A stretch of DNA of 62,575 nucleotides, the filler included, from Stramenopiles sp. TOSAG23-3 (Eukaryota), in assembly GCA_900128585.1 (NCBI GenBank). It is 6 parts of 6 records of this genome, joined end to end, with 100 filler letters (N's around TTAATTAATTAA, not from the genome) between each part and the next. Parts side by side here need not be neighbours in the genome. Positions count along the whole stretch, not along the records: positions 12,180 to 24,248 come from LT642711.1; positions 24,349 to 36,414 come from LT642712.1; 4 more parts are not named here. One strand, written 5' to 3'. The notes beneath the pieces are model-generated. The model saw only the letters and a program-made list of their open reading frames with translations, made no database searches and was not told the DNA's origin. The number at the start of each line of letters is the position of its first letter. Position 1 is the stretch's first letter. The translations under genes and the position numbers were made by a program. Shown here in pieces: positions 19,401 through 30,100 of the stretch.

Positions 19401-21705
19401 CCTTGATAGAAATCGGACCCTTGCGCTCCACATTACCCGAGACAATAAAGGACGATATTGAATTTTGCAATATTGAGCGCAGCAACACACCAGCAGCGCT
19501 CCGCACGTTCTCTCGTTTGTCTTTCAGCATGATGTCTAGAACATTCACAAACAACTCCTCGTGCTGGACACAAATCTCACCAGCGTTCATGCACGCAGAC
19601 GCCATCGCCAACAAGTACCATTCGGCAGCCGTGCTCGAGAGGTCATCGTTTCTGGTCCATTTGTCGCCTACGAACAATTTTGATCTGACCGCGACCAGAA
19701 ATTTTGGCAAGAATAGCTTGGGTGCATATCGCCCCACATGCTTCAGAATGTTGTGGTAAGCAATGGTGTGCTCCCGAACGTTCATAACATGGTCGAGCAG
19801 ATCTCGAACGATGATCGGCTTGATGGATTCGGACATATTGGAGAAGAAAAATCTGGTCGACAAGCTCAGGCTAACGTGCAAAATATTCGCAGAGTCACTA
19901 TTTGCGACCACGCCCTTGTTTTCATTGATTCCACCGTCCATGTTTCCGTTGCTCTTTCCCGTCTTCTCAGAGTAAGCCAGCAACCGCTGCAGAAAAGCAG
20001 AGGCGAACTCCTCGAACCATGCAGTCGTTCGAACCACCTCTTGCCAGCCCTGTGTAGTGTCGCTGTCTATTTCGCTAGACATGCAGTCCACCAAGGGGCA
20101 ACTCGCAAAGAACAATGCAAAAAAATTTAGCGCGTGCATCGTCTTGATACCATCGTTTGGATCTATGCCGGGCAGCACAAGTGACAGCAGCGATTGCAAA
20201 TGGGGCGCTATTGCAGGGGCATTGCAAAGAGCCATGTGCCAAAACGTGTACGTCAGCGCCCTTATCATCTGGGGCGCTTGGTGCGCATGGGACAACGACG
20301 TTTCTGGGTCTAACGCTCGGAACACCTGGGGAAGAAGTTTCTCACGCACGGCATCCGAATCTACGTTGGCAAGAGATCCCAAGCTTTGCAGCGCAGACTC
20401 AGAAAATGTATGCATTGGGTGATACAAAGCCTTGCACGCCAGCGGCAGGAGGAGCTGAACAAAGTGCTTTCGTATCTTGTTTACAGTAGTTGCACCGCCC
20501 AGACCTCCTGCTCGGAGCTTACCCTGTTCCCTCGCAAATCCTTTGCAAAGCACTTTGAGCATTTTTGCTGGGGTAGTCGACTTGACCTTTGTCGATGGGT
20601 GGAAACTGTTATCCATTGCAGACATGTATTGAAACAGTAGTGCAGCCCCAAGCGGCAACCCGCTGCTTCGCACCAGGTCGATGTCGTTGATGTCAGAGAG
20701 CAGGTCGTCGTCCTCCGCGCCGCACTCGAGCGTCCGGATGGCTACCGTTCCAATACTCGTGCTGAGGAGCCCCAATTGATATCCGTAGAGTCTCAACGGC
20801 CACCTCGCCATCCCATATTTAGAAGGAATAGATGGAGACACGTCACTCCACTTGGCAATGACACCGTAAAGTTTTCTCAAGTGGGGGGTGAGAAGCCGAC
20901 AGTTCTCTCGTTTCCCGGTAAACTTCTTGAGCATGCTAAACACCAGGCGCGCCCAATCCTCACAAGTGCTACTTTCCGGAAAGTCCATCCATTCCATCAA
21001 CGTTTCCAAAAATGATGGAGACGCAAACGTTCTAACAGAAAAAAAAAGACGGATGAGGCCTAAACCCTCGTGCGCAACTGCTGTAATGCGACCGGCGTGA
21101 CTTTCGATCATGCCTTTGCCTATTTCCAGCATCTTGAAGGCAAACTCTACCGTAAAGTACGTCCTCCCTATAATAATGAATTCTGCAAGGCGGCGGATAT
21201 TCTCGAGGCAAGTTGCCTGATCGTCCCTCGTAACATCAAACCCCAACACATTCGGATTCTTCTTAAGGTAGCGTTGCGCTAGCTTGTAAAGGATCTCCCC
21301 GTCAATGGTAAACCCCTCCGGCATTTGTGACTTTCCGTTTCTGTACCGGAGCAGGGCCGACCCTGTCCGCAACAATTGGGACAGTGACTTGGTGTGCATT
21401 CTGCAGCCGCCCGTGGATTCTTCCGCCTCCGCGGGCGCAATGAATTTCAGGATGAGTGATACCAGCTTTTCTCGCATGTCTGGGGTAGGGACGTACTTCA
21501 GGTGTATGGCTTCCAGAATAACGAAAGTTGAGCGGTCCACCAACGCGATGCGTTTAGCCGTGTGTACTTTCGGATCGTCTTGGTAAGTGTCGGAGAGCGC
21601 ATCGTATGCACGTTGAAAAATCCGAGCATGTTCCTCTACTTTAAGCGGTGGTGGCAAAAATGGTTCTAGCAGTGCCACATGTAATGGGTCTTGCGATGTC
21701 GCCAT
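16477..21705 (-). CDS. PSME4: Proteasome activator PA200/Blm10
   Basis: About 1740-aa HEAT-like protein; LPGIDPNDGIKT, IEWHVPS, SWHNR, AGVLGLAAIVERFPYSVP, ALAQFKRTHNDEWSEH, and the C-terminal HbYX motif YYA. Confidence 0.93.
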   Translation of the reverse strand: MATSQDPLHVALLEPFLPPPLKVEEHARIFQRAYDALSDTYQDDPKVHTAKRIALVDRSTFVILEAIHLKYVPTPDMREKLVSLILKFIAPAEAEESTGGCRMHTKSLSQLLRTGSALLRYRNGKSQMPEGFTIDGEILYKLAQRYLKKNPNVLGFDVTRDDQATCLENIRRLAEFIIIGRTYFTVEFAFKMLEIGKGMIESHAGRITAVAHEGLGLIRLFFSVRTFASPSFLETLMEWMDFPESSTCEDWARLVFSMLKKFTGKRENCRLLTPHLRKLYGVIAKWSDVSPSIPSKYGMARWPLRLYGYQLGLLSTSIGTVAIRTLECGAEDDDLLSDINDIDLVRSSGLPLGAALLFQYMSAMDNSFHPSTKVKSTTPAKMLKVLCKGFAREQGKLRAGGLGGATTVNKIRKHFVQLLLPLACKALYHPMHTFSESALQSLGSLANVDSDAVREKLLPQVFRALDPETSLSHAHQAPQMIRALTYTFWHMALCNAPAIAPHLQSLLSLVLPGIDPNDGIKTMHALNFFALFFASCPLVDCMSSEIDSDTTQGWQEVVRTTAWFEEFASAFLQRLLAYSEKTGKSNGNMDGGINENKGVVANSDSANILHVSLSLSTRFFFSNMSESIKPIIVRDLLDHVMNVREHTIAYHNILKHVGRYAPKLFLPKFLVAVRSKLFVGDKWTRNDDLSSTAAEWYLLAMASACMNAGEICVQHEELFVNVLDIMLKDKRENVRSAAGVLLRSILQNSISSFIVSGNVERKGPISIKDLWCQNGAWSEHKIEWHVPSPAEIDFAKRFCSRFIDESITVLRKHFESPFEKSRTELDQWKYYLDMVVRAVEGITANKEFAQPIRPKIAKFCLEMFRYFGNDETSDPGTLKKGIGLAQLAVSTYGTWDRIGAKLEAYFIDAIAKTVSSLEHSSYWKVILKESEDSESLRWQMETPTFTAILKAEITHVERQMKVFAVEIDPHEKESKELGLLAEALVMNVSQNEYRDVRACTSQSLDDMLSTRRRLCKQCVDVMIDIISKPATSTGTALGTLSMFLKKRVLFSLTTDWQLCKRFYEAAASSVFIDSLVADKKKEAQTILSSLIVAIATKKQNVVPGRDEKSYQEYVLETVARLREKKDEMRWFHTVVATTFMILSEPVGLGAKLEGPRSNACAWYLDLIHREEMPLNQLALSAFLRHQPGGFGGKEDIDAICNSILLDHKDPQSSSAPRSLWTPGVRELFRNLLWSPSNTKGSTYPVRMGMFKLKHSSAVASLCLGQGKHLKHVIDFVSSILRAKDSGVEKKKIVTAAEIFAGAVGGETGPENTTRVIEEFWPVIEDGVSQTPLSWIGMWCHAFTITSVEPGCARVFIKFIHEKIVKEFDVAANRNDGDEETSFAGTTRWLCILSGVLRELPGYTDRTDAQDILRMCLKIMLPSLRRASKSQFDSCRKSASYSLAWLSISAEVHDCVDVREALKVFARTELSCEEAGSAATESACYWMINLASYGLVDYGTPYILELLSATMKFQNASAAGGKHAERVALARTAVSYASSYIQANAGDLDLLIKFVKDSATSSSWHNRIAALSFVVNFYRRHQLVFSSDQKNELMEITQTCLSDKRPEVQDGAREVLTVMMHFCSDLEIEQLSGVFSKMARTKVPKEKFPNKRKKAYRKRLAGVLGLAAIVERFPYSVPHFVPDALVLMCRVAQDPGGASGIIKRALAQFKRTHNDEWSEHMLHFSQSQLDWLQDFFLPNNYYA

Positions 21706-22330
21706 CTTCGTACGACTCAGAAATGTACTTGTTCTTATCGATGCTGTATTCCGCCACCCCAAGATCCGTCACACACCAGCCGCTTGCTTCAAAAGTATTG
21801 TTCTCTGTTTTTCCTTCCTTCCTGCTTCTTCCTCCCTTCGTCCGTTAAATCCAAGATAATTATTATTGTACGTATGTATTCACAACACACTATTCATTCA
21901 AACAAAACGTGATTGTTATTTATCTGAAAGATTAATCTTACGATTCTCTCATTGTCTACGTACATTTACGACTTTTTATTTACTAGTCATTCTCATACCT
22001 GTATATACATGGCTTGATGTTAATTATAATTTGAATATAATAATACCAAAAAATTATTATTTATTAAAAAAAAATAAAAAAAGAAGAAGCAAATAAAAAT
22101 AAATTAAAAATGAAATCCTCCTTCTCATTCCGTATTTATTAATATATTAGACTATACTGCTAGGTCTATATTACTGTATTATTGTAATATTTTTTTACAT
22201 TTTAATTATAACAGTGAATAATCAGGAAATGATCCTCTTTTTCTCCTTTTCCCTGTTTTGCTTGTTGTTGTTGTGCGTGATATAATAAAATTCTATCTAT
22301 ATATGGGTTATTATTAGGGTTAAGTTCGTC

Positions 22331-24247
22331 TCAAACGTATTTTTGCTTTTTCTCCTCCGTGCCGCTGCTCATCATTGGGTTTGTGATTTCTATCGAGGTG
22401 TGGTCGTTCTGTTTTGACGGCGTCTTGCCCCCACCCTTTTTCGCTGCCGGCATCTTTAACTTTTCCTCCAGCCAGCACACTTCTTTGGTGTGCTTGTGAA
22501 AGTAGTACTTTGCTTGTGTGTCTGGGTCGACCATGAGAGCCCACGGGTCGTTCGGGTCATCCCAGCGTACCTCGTCCGTTTCCTTGTGGTAAAAGTACGT
22601 ATCTCCGAGTTCATCTGTTGCTCTGTCCCATGCACTCTCCTCGTCCACCGCGGGGTCATTCCATTGTACCTCATTGGTGCGCTTGTTGCAGTAGTACGCT
22701 TTACCGGAATCGTCCTCGTGCGACACCCAGTCCAGCATGGGGTCGTCCAACCGTTTCTCCCTCGTCCGTGGGTAGTAGTAGTCCAGCATGGGGTCGTCCA
22801 ACCGTTTCTCCCTCGTCCGTGGGTAGTAGTGGTAGAGTGTTATGCGTATGGGGGACGTGGAACGCGGGAGTTCGATCTCTGTGAAAACTTTGATATCGTG
22901 GTACGGCTTCGTTGTCAATTGCAGACCATACGTGACGTTCTTGCCTTCATCCAAGCACAGCGGACCTAACGTGCGAACTTTTTCGCGGTACCCTTTTGTT
23001 TCTGGGATAAAACCGCGCAGCTTGATCTCCGCCCGATCATTATTTTTGATGTCCAGATGTAGCAATACCGATTCGTCGGGTCGATTGTACGCAGTGTTGG
23101 AGTCGGACGTCAGGGTATGCTTTATGGTGCAATTGTTGGAGACTTTCCCAATGCCGCCTTCGTCAAAATCGTTGTCTGGCGTAGAAACGTACACGATCGT
23201 TTGGGATTGTGCATTTGCAGCCACAACGATCAGCAGCTCCGTCTTCTCCGCAGAGGTTTTGGTCCGAATGGTGCACCCACCTGAACCCTCTACTGCAAGC
23301 GATATATTGACATCGTACTTGGGTGGTCGGGAGAGCGTTGGAGTGTACTCGTACGTCTCCCCCTCGGAGGTGGAACTCGAGCGGGGCAGTACAAGCTCGC
23401 GTGGGATAAGTTTTACAACGACGTCCAGCATTACTCTGGTCGCAACCGTGTTGTATTTTTGGTCGGTACTGGAAGTTTCGATCCACACGGTGGTCTTCAC
23501 AATTCCAGATTTCGGTTTTTCTGGGTCAATTGGTACCCCATCGAGGGCGCTCACATTGAATGCACGGTTGACACTGTTCCAGTTCGATTCTAGGATGACA
23601 AAGTTTTCAGGGTTCACACTAAATTTGTTCGCGTGCTCGTAGGCCGGATCAATGCGAATCGCGACGTTCACGGCGGCCACGGGCTTTGTGCTCAAGTGGC
23701 TGATGATGCGACTTCCAGGCTCCCCTTTTTCCCCAATGTTTATAACGCTAGGGTCGGCAAGGTTCAGTCCAGTGGACAAGGCGTTTTGATTTGGTTTTGA
23801 TTTGGCAGTTCCTTTTGTACCCTTGTTGCAATTTTTGCAACTCGACTGACCGGGTTGGTTCTGGTACTGTCCGGATTCGCAATCGGAACAATAGTGTCTG
23901 CCGTCTTGATCGGTATATTCTCCTGGGGGACAATTTTCGCAACCATCGTTCTCGCTTGTTTGTTGAGTACCAGTCCCTTTCATCCCAGCAAGACATTCTT
24001 TACACGAGGACTGACCGGGTTCGTTCTGGTACTGTCCGGATTCGCAATCGGAACAATAGTGTTTGCCGTCTTGATGGGTATATTCTCCTGGGGGACAATT
24101 TTCGCAACCATCGACCTCGCTTGTTTTTTGCAAACCATCTCCTTTTGCTTTCTTCCCAGCAAGACACTTTTTGCAGGAACTCTGCCCTGATTGATCTTCC
24201 CAAAATCCAGGCAGACACTCTTTGCAGGAACTCTGCCCTGATTGATC
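22331..24247 (-). CDS. 5'-truncated large protein: Cys-rich CxxCxxG repeats, Ig/Calx-beta-like domains and C-terminal WW domains
   Basis: Frame is open to the contig end (DQSGQSSCKECLPGFWEDQSGQSSCKKC...). Repeats CENCPPGEY/CSDCESGQYQ, beta-rich repeats (LSTKPVAAVNV, LSRPPKYDVNI, LTTKPYHDIKV) and three WW motifs (W...D..G..YY...T.EV.W). Confidence 0.75.
   Translation of the reverse strand, partial: DQSGQSSCKECLPGFWEDQSGQSSCKKCLAGKKAKGDGLQKTSEVDGCENCPPGEYTHQDGKHYCSDCESGQYQNEPGQSSCKECLAGMKGTGTQQTSENDGCENCPPGEYTDQDGRHYCSDCESGQYQNQPGQSSCKNCNKGTKGTAKSKPNQNALSTGLNLADPSVINIGEKGEPGSRIISHLSTKPVAAVNVAIRIDPAYEHANKFSVNPENFVILESNWNSVNRAFNVSALDGVPIDPEKPKSGIVKTTVWIETSSTDQKYNTVATRVMLDVVVKLIPRELVLPRSSSTSEGETYEYTPTLSRPPKYDVNISLAVEGSGGCTIRTKTSAEKTELLIVVAANAQSQTIVYVSTPDNDFDEGGIGKVSNNCTIKHTLTSDSNTAYNRPDESVLLHLDIKNNDRAEIKLRGFIPETKGYREKVRTLGPLCLDEGKNVTYGLQLTTKPYHDIKVFTEIELPRSTSPIRITLYHYYPRTREKRLDDPMLDYYYPRTREKRLDDPMLDWVSHEDDSGKAYYCNKRTNEVQWNDPAVDEESAWDRATDELGDTYFYHKETDEVRWDDPNDPWALMVDPDTQAKYYFHKHTKEVCWLEEKLKMPAAKKGGGKTPSKQNDHTSIEITNPMMSSGTEEKKQKYV
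22729..22830 (-). repeat. Perfect 2 x 51-nt tandem duplication encoding YYPRTREKRLDDPMLD
   Basis: Directly visible. Confidence 0.92.
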
Positions 24248-24248
24248 T

Positions 24249-24348
24249 NNNNNNNNNNNNNNNNNNNNNNNNNNNNNNNNNNNNNNNNNNNNTTAATTAA
24301 TTAANNNNNNNNNNNNNNNNNNNNNNNNNNNNNNNNNNNNNNNNNNNN
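24249..24348. other. Artificial contig spacer
   Basis: N44-TTAATTAATTAA-N44. Confidence 0.98.
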
Positions 24349-26460
24349 CGGGAGGCCGGGAACCTGCTCCACACGGTCAACGAGCTGCACGAGTACTTTG
24401 CCGACTACAACCGCGTCCCGAAGATCGCGGAGCTGCGGGCAAGCGTGGACGAGACGAAGAATGCGCTCACGGACCGGGTCCTGGAGGACTTCAAGTACAT
24501 CCGCGTCCTTGCCAGCGACGACCGCCCGGGTGACGAGGACGAGGAGGACCGCCCGCACAGCCCGGTCCCCGGGCTGCACAGCATCACCCAGCTCAGCGAC
24601 GCCTGCGTCGTCGTGGACGCCCTCGCCCCGGAAATAAAGGAAAAAATCATCCAGCAGTTCTGCGACATTCAGCTGAACGTGTACGACGCCATTTTTCGAG
24701 AAGGCGGGGGCGAGGACAGCCTGGACACCATCGAGCGCCGGTACTCGTGGTGGAACCGCATGGTGCGGAACTACCAGGAGAAGTATGGCGACGTTTTTCC
24801 CAGGAACTGGAGGGTCCACCACCGGATGGCCGTGGACTTTTCGAACCGCACCAAGGTCATGATCATCAACATTTTGACCCGGATCGACCCGCCCGAGAGC
24901 GCCGACGTCACCATGCTCTGCAAGGGGCTGACAAAGACGCTGGCGTTCGAGCGCGACGCGGCGGCGACCTTCGAGGTCGACGCCGCCCGGCGCGCGGTCA
25001 TGGGGGCGTACAACGTCAGCGACGTCTCCGAGATGGTGATGGACGACGAAGGGAACATGGTCGACCCGAACTCCTCCGCCGGGATCAAGCTCAAGTACAA
25101 GCGGTTGGACGAGCAGGCGGAGCGGGAGAAGCACGTGGCCACCATGGAGAGGGAGGAGGCCGAGAGGGCGGCGGCGGGGGAGGACAAGGACTCGCTCCCC
25201 ACCTTCCGCGGGCTGATTTCGCAGTGCTTCGACGCCTACATGATCGCGTACGTCAAGCAAGAACGGAAGAACATGGACAACATGCTGGCCGCGGTCGTGA
25301 AGGAGGAGGGGCGGCCCGGCGAGGCCGTCCTCAGCAGCTCCGTGAACCTTTTCGGGTACATCAAGCAGAGCGTAAAGCGGTGCTCCGGGTACTCCACCGG
25401 GCAGACCATGTACCAGGTCCAGAAAGAGTACCAGGAAGTGCTGTCCCAGTACTCGAACGTTATGATAGGAAAACTGCCGAAGCCCCACAGCGGGAGCGGC
25501 ACGGGGGCGTCGTACCGGTTCGGGGACGGGAACGCGGTGCTGACGATGGCCTGCCTGGTCATCAACACCGCCGAGTACTGCTCCGAGACCGTCCCCCAGC
25601 TGGGCGACATGGTGCGCGAAAAGATCGACGATGCCTTTGCGGAGCACGTGAACTTTGACGCGGTCGAAGATTGCTACTACGATGCGATCAACGTCGCCGT
25701 CCGCGTCCTGTCCACCGGCCTAGAAGCCCGATTGATGACCCATTTGAACAGCATGGCAAAGATGCCATGGGAGAGCTGGTCGGACGTCGGCGACCAGTCC
25801 CCGTACGTCGCGAGCATCCACCAGGTGTGCGTGGACGTCATCCCCCAGTTGAGGAGGCTCCTGTCCGAGACGTACTTTCGCAGCTTCTGCGACTCGTTCA
25901 TCACCACCTTTCTCCCAAATTTTACAAAGAGCTTGTTCAAGTGCCACCGCGTCAGCGAGCTGGGGGCCCAGCAGCTGCTGCTGGACGCCCAGAGCATGAA
26001 GGCCATCATGATGGAGCTGAGGACGCTGGGGGTGGATGAGGACGATGGGCAGGCCGCCGCCGCCACGGGGCTGTCCAAGCGAACGGACGCGTACTCTAAA
26101 GTAGTAATGAAAGAAATGGGCAAAGCGGAGGGCATTTTGAAGTTAGTGGGCACCCCAACGTTTCGGCTTGCGGAGAGCATCTCGCTCCTCTTCCCCGGGG
26201 CAACGGACCAAGACCTCAAAGGAATAATGGAGTTGAAGGGAATAAAAAAGTCGGAACACCAGGGCATCATAGACCAGTACACCTCGGGGGAGGATTACGT
26301 CCCGCCGGCCCCAACGGCCACGCCCGCAAGCGGCCCCGCTGGGGGTGACGGGAAAAAGAAGAAGAGCGATTTTTGGAGTTTTGTTTCCGATACGAAGAAA
26401 GACATGGACCGACACGTTGAGAAGGCGAAAAAGGTTGCCGCCGCTGCGATGAAGAGTTAA
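24349..26460 (+). CDS. VPS53: GARP/EARP subunit VPS53 (5'-truncated)
   Basis: Open from the contig start (REAGNLLHTVNELHEYFADYNRVPKIAEL). LSDACVVVDAL, SLDTIERRYSWW, FPRNWRV, VLSSSVNLF, INTAEYCSET, VGDQSPYV, GAQQLLLD. Confidence 0.93.
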   Translation, partial: REAGNLLHTVNELHEYFADYNRVPKIAELRASVDETKNALTDRVLEDFKYIRVLASDDRPGDEDEEDRPHSPVPGLHSITQLSDACVVVDALAPEIKEKIIQQFCDIQLNVYDAIFREGGGEDSLDTIERRYSWWNRMVRNYQEKYGDVFPRNWRVHHRMAVDFSNRTKVMIINILTRIDPPESADVTMLCKGLTKTLAFERDAAATFEVDAARRAVMGAYNVSDVSEMVMDDEGNMVDPNSSAGIKLKYKRLDEQAEREKHVATMEREEAERAAAGEDKDSLPTFRGLISQCFDAYMIAYVKQERKNMDNMLAAVVKEEGRPGEAVLSSSVNLFGYIKQSVKRCSGYSTGQTMYQVQKEYQEVLSQYSNVMIGKLPKPHSGSGTGASYRFGDGNAVLTMACLVINTAEYCSETVPQLGDMVREKIDDAFAEHVNFDAVEDCYYDAINVAVRVLSTGLEARLMTHLNSMAKMPWESWSDVGDQSPYVASIHQVCVDVIPQLRRLLSETYFRSFCDSFITTFLPNFTKSLFKCHRVSELGAQQLLLDAQSMKAIMMELRTLGVDEDDGQAAAATGLSKRTDAYSKVVMKEMGKAEGILKLVGTPTFRLAESISLLFPGATDQDLKGIMELKGIKKSEHQGIIDQYTSGEDYVPPAPTATPASGPAGGDGKKKKSDFWSFVSDTKKDMDRHVEKAKKVAAAAMKS

Positions 26461-26702
26461 CATTTTACTAAAAAAATTGCAACAATACCATTTTAAATAG
26501 GTATAATTATATGTAATCTAAATAGTATATATAATTACAAACCCAAAATGTTCATTTCTTTTCTTTTTTTCTGGTTCTAAATATTTAATAGCTAAATAGT
26601 AGGTGTTAAATTATGGTCATCGACGTTATTAATTAAAACCTATGCTATGCAATGTTATGTTTATACATTTTAAAAAAGAGAGACTCCTTCTTTGATCATC
26701 GC

Positions 26703-26775
26703 TTTCTTCTTTCTTCTTCTTTCTTTCTTTCTTCTTCTTCTTCTTCTTCTTCTTCTTTCTTCTTTCTTCTTTTTC
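26703..26775 (+). repeat. (TTC)n microsatellite
   Basis: Directly visible. Confidence 0.9.
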
Positions 26776-27147
26776 CTCCTCCGCTTTGTCATTTTGTAAT
26801 CTCTCCAATTCAGCCTATACTATCACTATGTTATATTATTAAAGAACACAGATGACAAAAAAAAAGAAGAAGAAAATTCCTTCTTCTTCTAAGAACAAAC
26901 GACAACAACATACCAATACATTATTAACGGAAGAGAAAGAAAGGTCTTCCAACCGTCTCCGTAGTACAATCAATACAAGAGAAGAACGTGAATGATTCCC
27001 AACGATCTCGAATGAACTTTGTAAAATGTAAGTTTTCATGAAGACCCCCCCCCATGCATGTCAAGGATACAAAAGACTTAAAAACTTCACCAACGGTCCC
27101 GGTCTCTCTCTTCTTTTAAAATCACAACACACACAGCGTTCCACGAC

Positions 27148-30100
27148 ATGAGGCTTTTCGCCGCCCTCTTGTTGTTGTCACTCGGAACAACCGTTGCTGC
27201 AGTCAACGCGTCAAACGCCACGGTAGAACTCTATTACCTGTCTCACGTTGCAGTCATTGGCGTCCGTTCAAACACATCGGTAGATCCCGTTAATGGAACC
27301 GTCACAACAGTCTCACCCTCGACAAACAACACAATTGATGATCCAGATGTAGCATCGTTTGTCAACACAACAGAGTACGAGAGAGCAAGAAATACGACGT
27401 ACAAATTTTTGCAGTGTAGCTACGGGAACGTTGTCGAGGGTTCCGAGTCGGCCTGCCACAATTCCATCGTTTTAGAATCGGAAACGAAACGACAGGCAGT
27501 CAACACGCTAGAAAGGGTGGTGATGAAAGTGACGCAGGCCATGTATCTGGGAAACGGTACCGGCCGCCGCCGCCTTATCACCAGAAGAGACCTCGGGGGA
27601 AGCGACTGGGACGAACTGAACGCGGTGTTCAGAGGCGTTGTAATGAAAATTCCAGACCAATCCATGGAAAAAAGTATATGGCCGTCCACGTTAAAGGTGT
27701 TTATAAAGACCATACGCTGCGGTCAAATCGGTATTGGTAACATCGACATCCAGTCTACTGCGTCTTCAAACAATGCCGTAAACGCCAATGTGAAGCTGCA
27801 AAGCCTCGACATCCTGTGTTCTGCTGAGTACACTTATAAATACGGGTGGTTCGGCGGTAGCGGCCGAGTCAGTGCCGGCGGAACCGAGCAGTCCATCGAC
27901 ACAACGATCACACTCAACGAGGACGGAACCGCTTCCATCAACTCATGCTCCTCCAACGTCGACCTATCACAGCTCTCTTTCAGCGGCGGCATCGTAAGCA
28001 AAATAGCAGACACCTTCAAAGGCATGTTTCGTTCCAAACTGGAATCGACACTCGGAACGACCATTTGCGACGAGCTAGGCCCGTTAGGCAGCACGTTTAT
28101 CACTAGCCTGGCGAAAACGGTAAGGAACGAGACGCACCCGTATGTTCCTGTTGCTAACGGCGGCTCGTACGTCGATGTGTCGGAAGGCCCAATGTTGAAA
28201 GAAAATACATTGGCCAAAGAAGTCAAAGCAGCACTCATTAGTTGGAAGAGTGCGTTGATCAGTCCAAACAGCACCGACCCCCTTGCGTTGCTTGTGCCGC
28301 AAGCGTTTTCGGCAGTCAACGAATACTTCAGCAACAAAGAAACCGGCATCAATCACTTTCTGAGAAAATACGTGCTAGAAGATGACGGCACACTTGTTTT
28401 AGATTTTACCACCACGGAATCGGAAAGGGGTTTCATTATGTACGATGGGGTAGACCCGTTGACCTCGACGTCGTTAGGAATGTCCCGTGTTGTTGTCACG
28501 GGGTTGGACCAGTTTCAGACGTTTCGTCCACTGGTCGTACTCGGCGACCAAACGCTGGGGCACGAATTGCGGATGGAAGGCAGAGTTACCGCATCCGCCT
28601 CATTGTCGTTAACCATCGGGCCCTCAACGGCACCGGGATCCATGATAGATGAACACAACGGCAACACCGTTCGAGAGAATCCTCAATTGTCTTTGTCCAT
28701 ATCTGACCTGTACCTCGACGCAGCGACGTTCGTTGGCGTCTCGAAAGAGAAAGCGCTGTCCGTGAAGGTAGGGTCCATACAGCAAGCAGCGTTGCCCTGT
28801 CTGAGCAGCACGTTTCACGAGATGGAGGTGAGAAAGTTTATATCGACCATCCGTGACATCGAAGAGCCCTTATTTTCCGGTTTCATATCCGTCGGCATCG
28901 ATCGTTTGTTTAGCCAAGCGTTGCACCTGGTGTACTTGAAGTTTGAAGATCGCATGAAACTTGCGATGCCGAACTACTTAACCACGGCAGGGAGCGAGAT
29001 GATGAATGAATTAATCGACGACTACGTGGCTAGTCACAACCAGACGCATGAGAAAACATGCCCTGCCCCGGCCCTTCCTTACAAAAGCGGAGAGTACATA
29101 AACTTTCGGACCAACGATTTGTGGAACCAGTTTCAATCCGCGGCGCTTGGACCGTTTGTAGAAAACAATGCATCGATGCTCAACAAGCTGATCAGCGACA
29201 TGACGGACGCTGGGTCCGTGCACAACTTACTGGGCGAAAATTTAACAGAAAAAAATATAACCAGAGTTCAAACGGGGAGCGGATTTTTGGGAGACTTGGA
29301 ACTCCAGGCCGGGAACATTGGGATTCATGGTTTGAATACAATCCATGGCATTGAGATGTTGACCGCGAAGTCGCAACACCACGGAACGAATTTTGCGGGT
29401 GTCGATAGTTGGTTGCCGGTCGAGCACAACATGTCGAAACACTTACTGTCGACGGCCATGTCCGTGGGCACGAACGACCGCCCCTTGGAAGGCTCCATCG
29501 ACGTGTACTTTGCCGCAGACGGCGCCAAGGGGAACGGGTACTCGCCAATTTTGAACGATTTCACGTTCAGCGTGGGAATTAGCGAATTGCAGGTATTGAT
29601 ACAAATGCTAATTAAGCTCGACTTGGGGAACCTTAAGCACTTGCAGCTGCGCCATGTCGTTCATTTGGACTGTTGGGTGTCCGCAATCGGGGAATTAGGG
29701 TTTCACCAAGCGCACGCTAAATTTTTTGGTTCTTTGTTTGCCAGCATCAAGTGCCGCACGTGCACCTCTCCCGGATTTCGCGAACTGGAGAAGACCTTGT
29801 CCACGGAGCAGGCGACAAAAGATCTTACGGAAATCGCCAACCGAGTATTCGATTTTGTGGGGAAAATGGTGGAGAGCAACAATGTCAAGACAGAAATAAA
29901 CAAGTGGATCTCCGATGCCACGACTCGATGCGCAATTGAAGCCGATGGGTACTTCCCAGACGGCTCGTACCAAGATACGGAGAAAATAAAGTTAGGCGCA
30001 GAAGGGGTACCGCCCGTGGTGGTGGTACAGAAAGACAGCGACGCCACGTTGGATTACATGTTGTTCGCAATCGTGGGTGCACTAGTCGGGGGAATGCTAA

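Noticed and set aside
22315-22322. TTAGGG telomere-like word (also near 5961 and 50670)
   Set aside because: Single copies, no tandem array.
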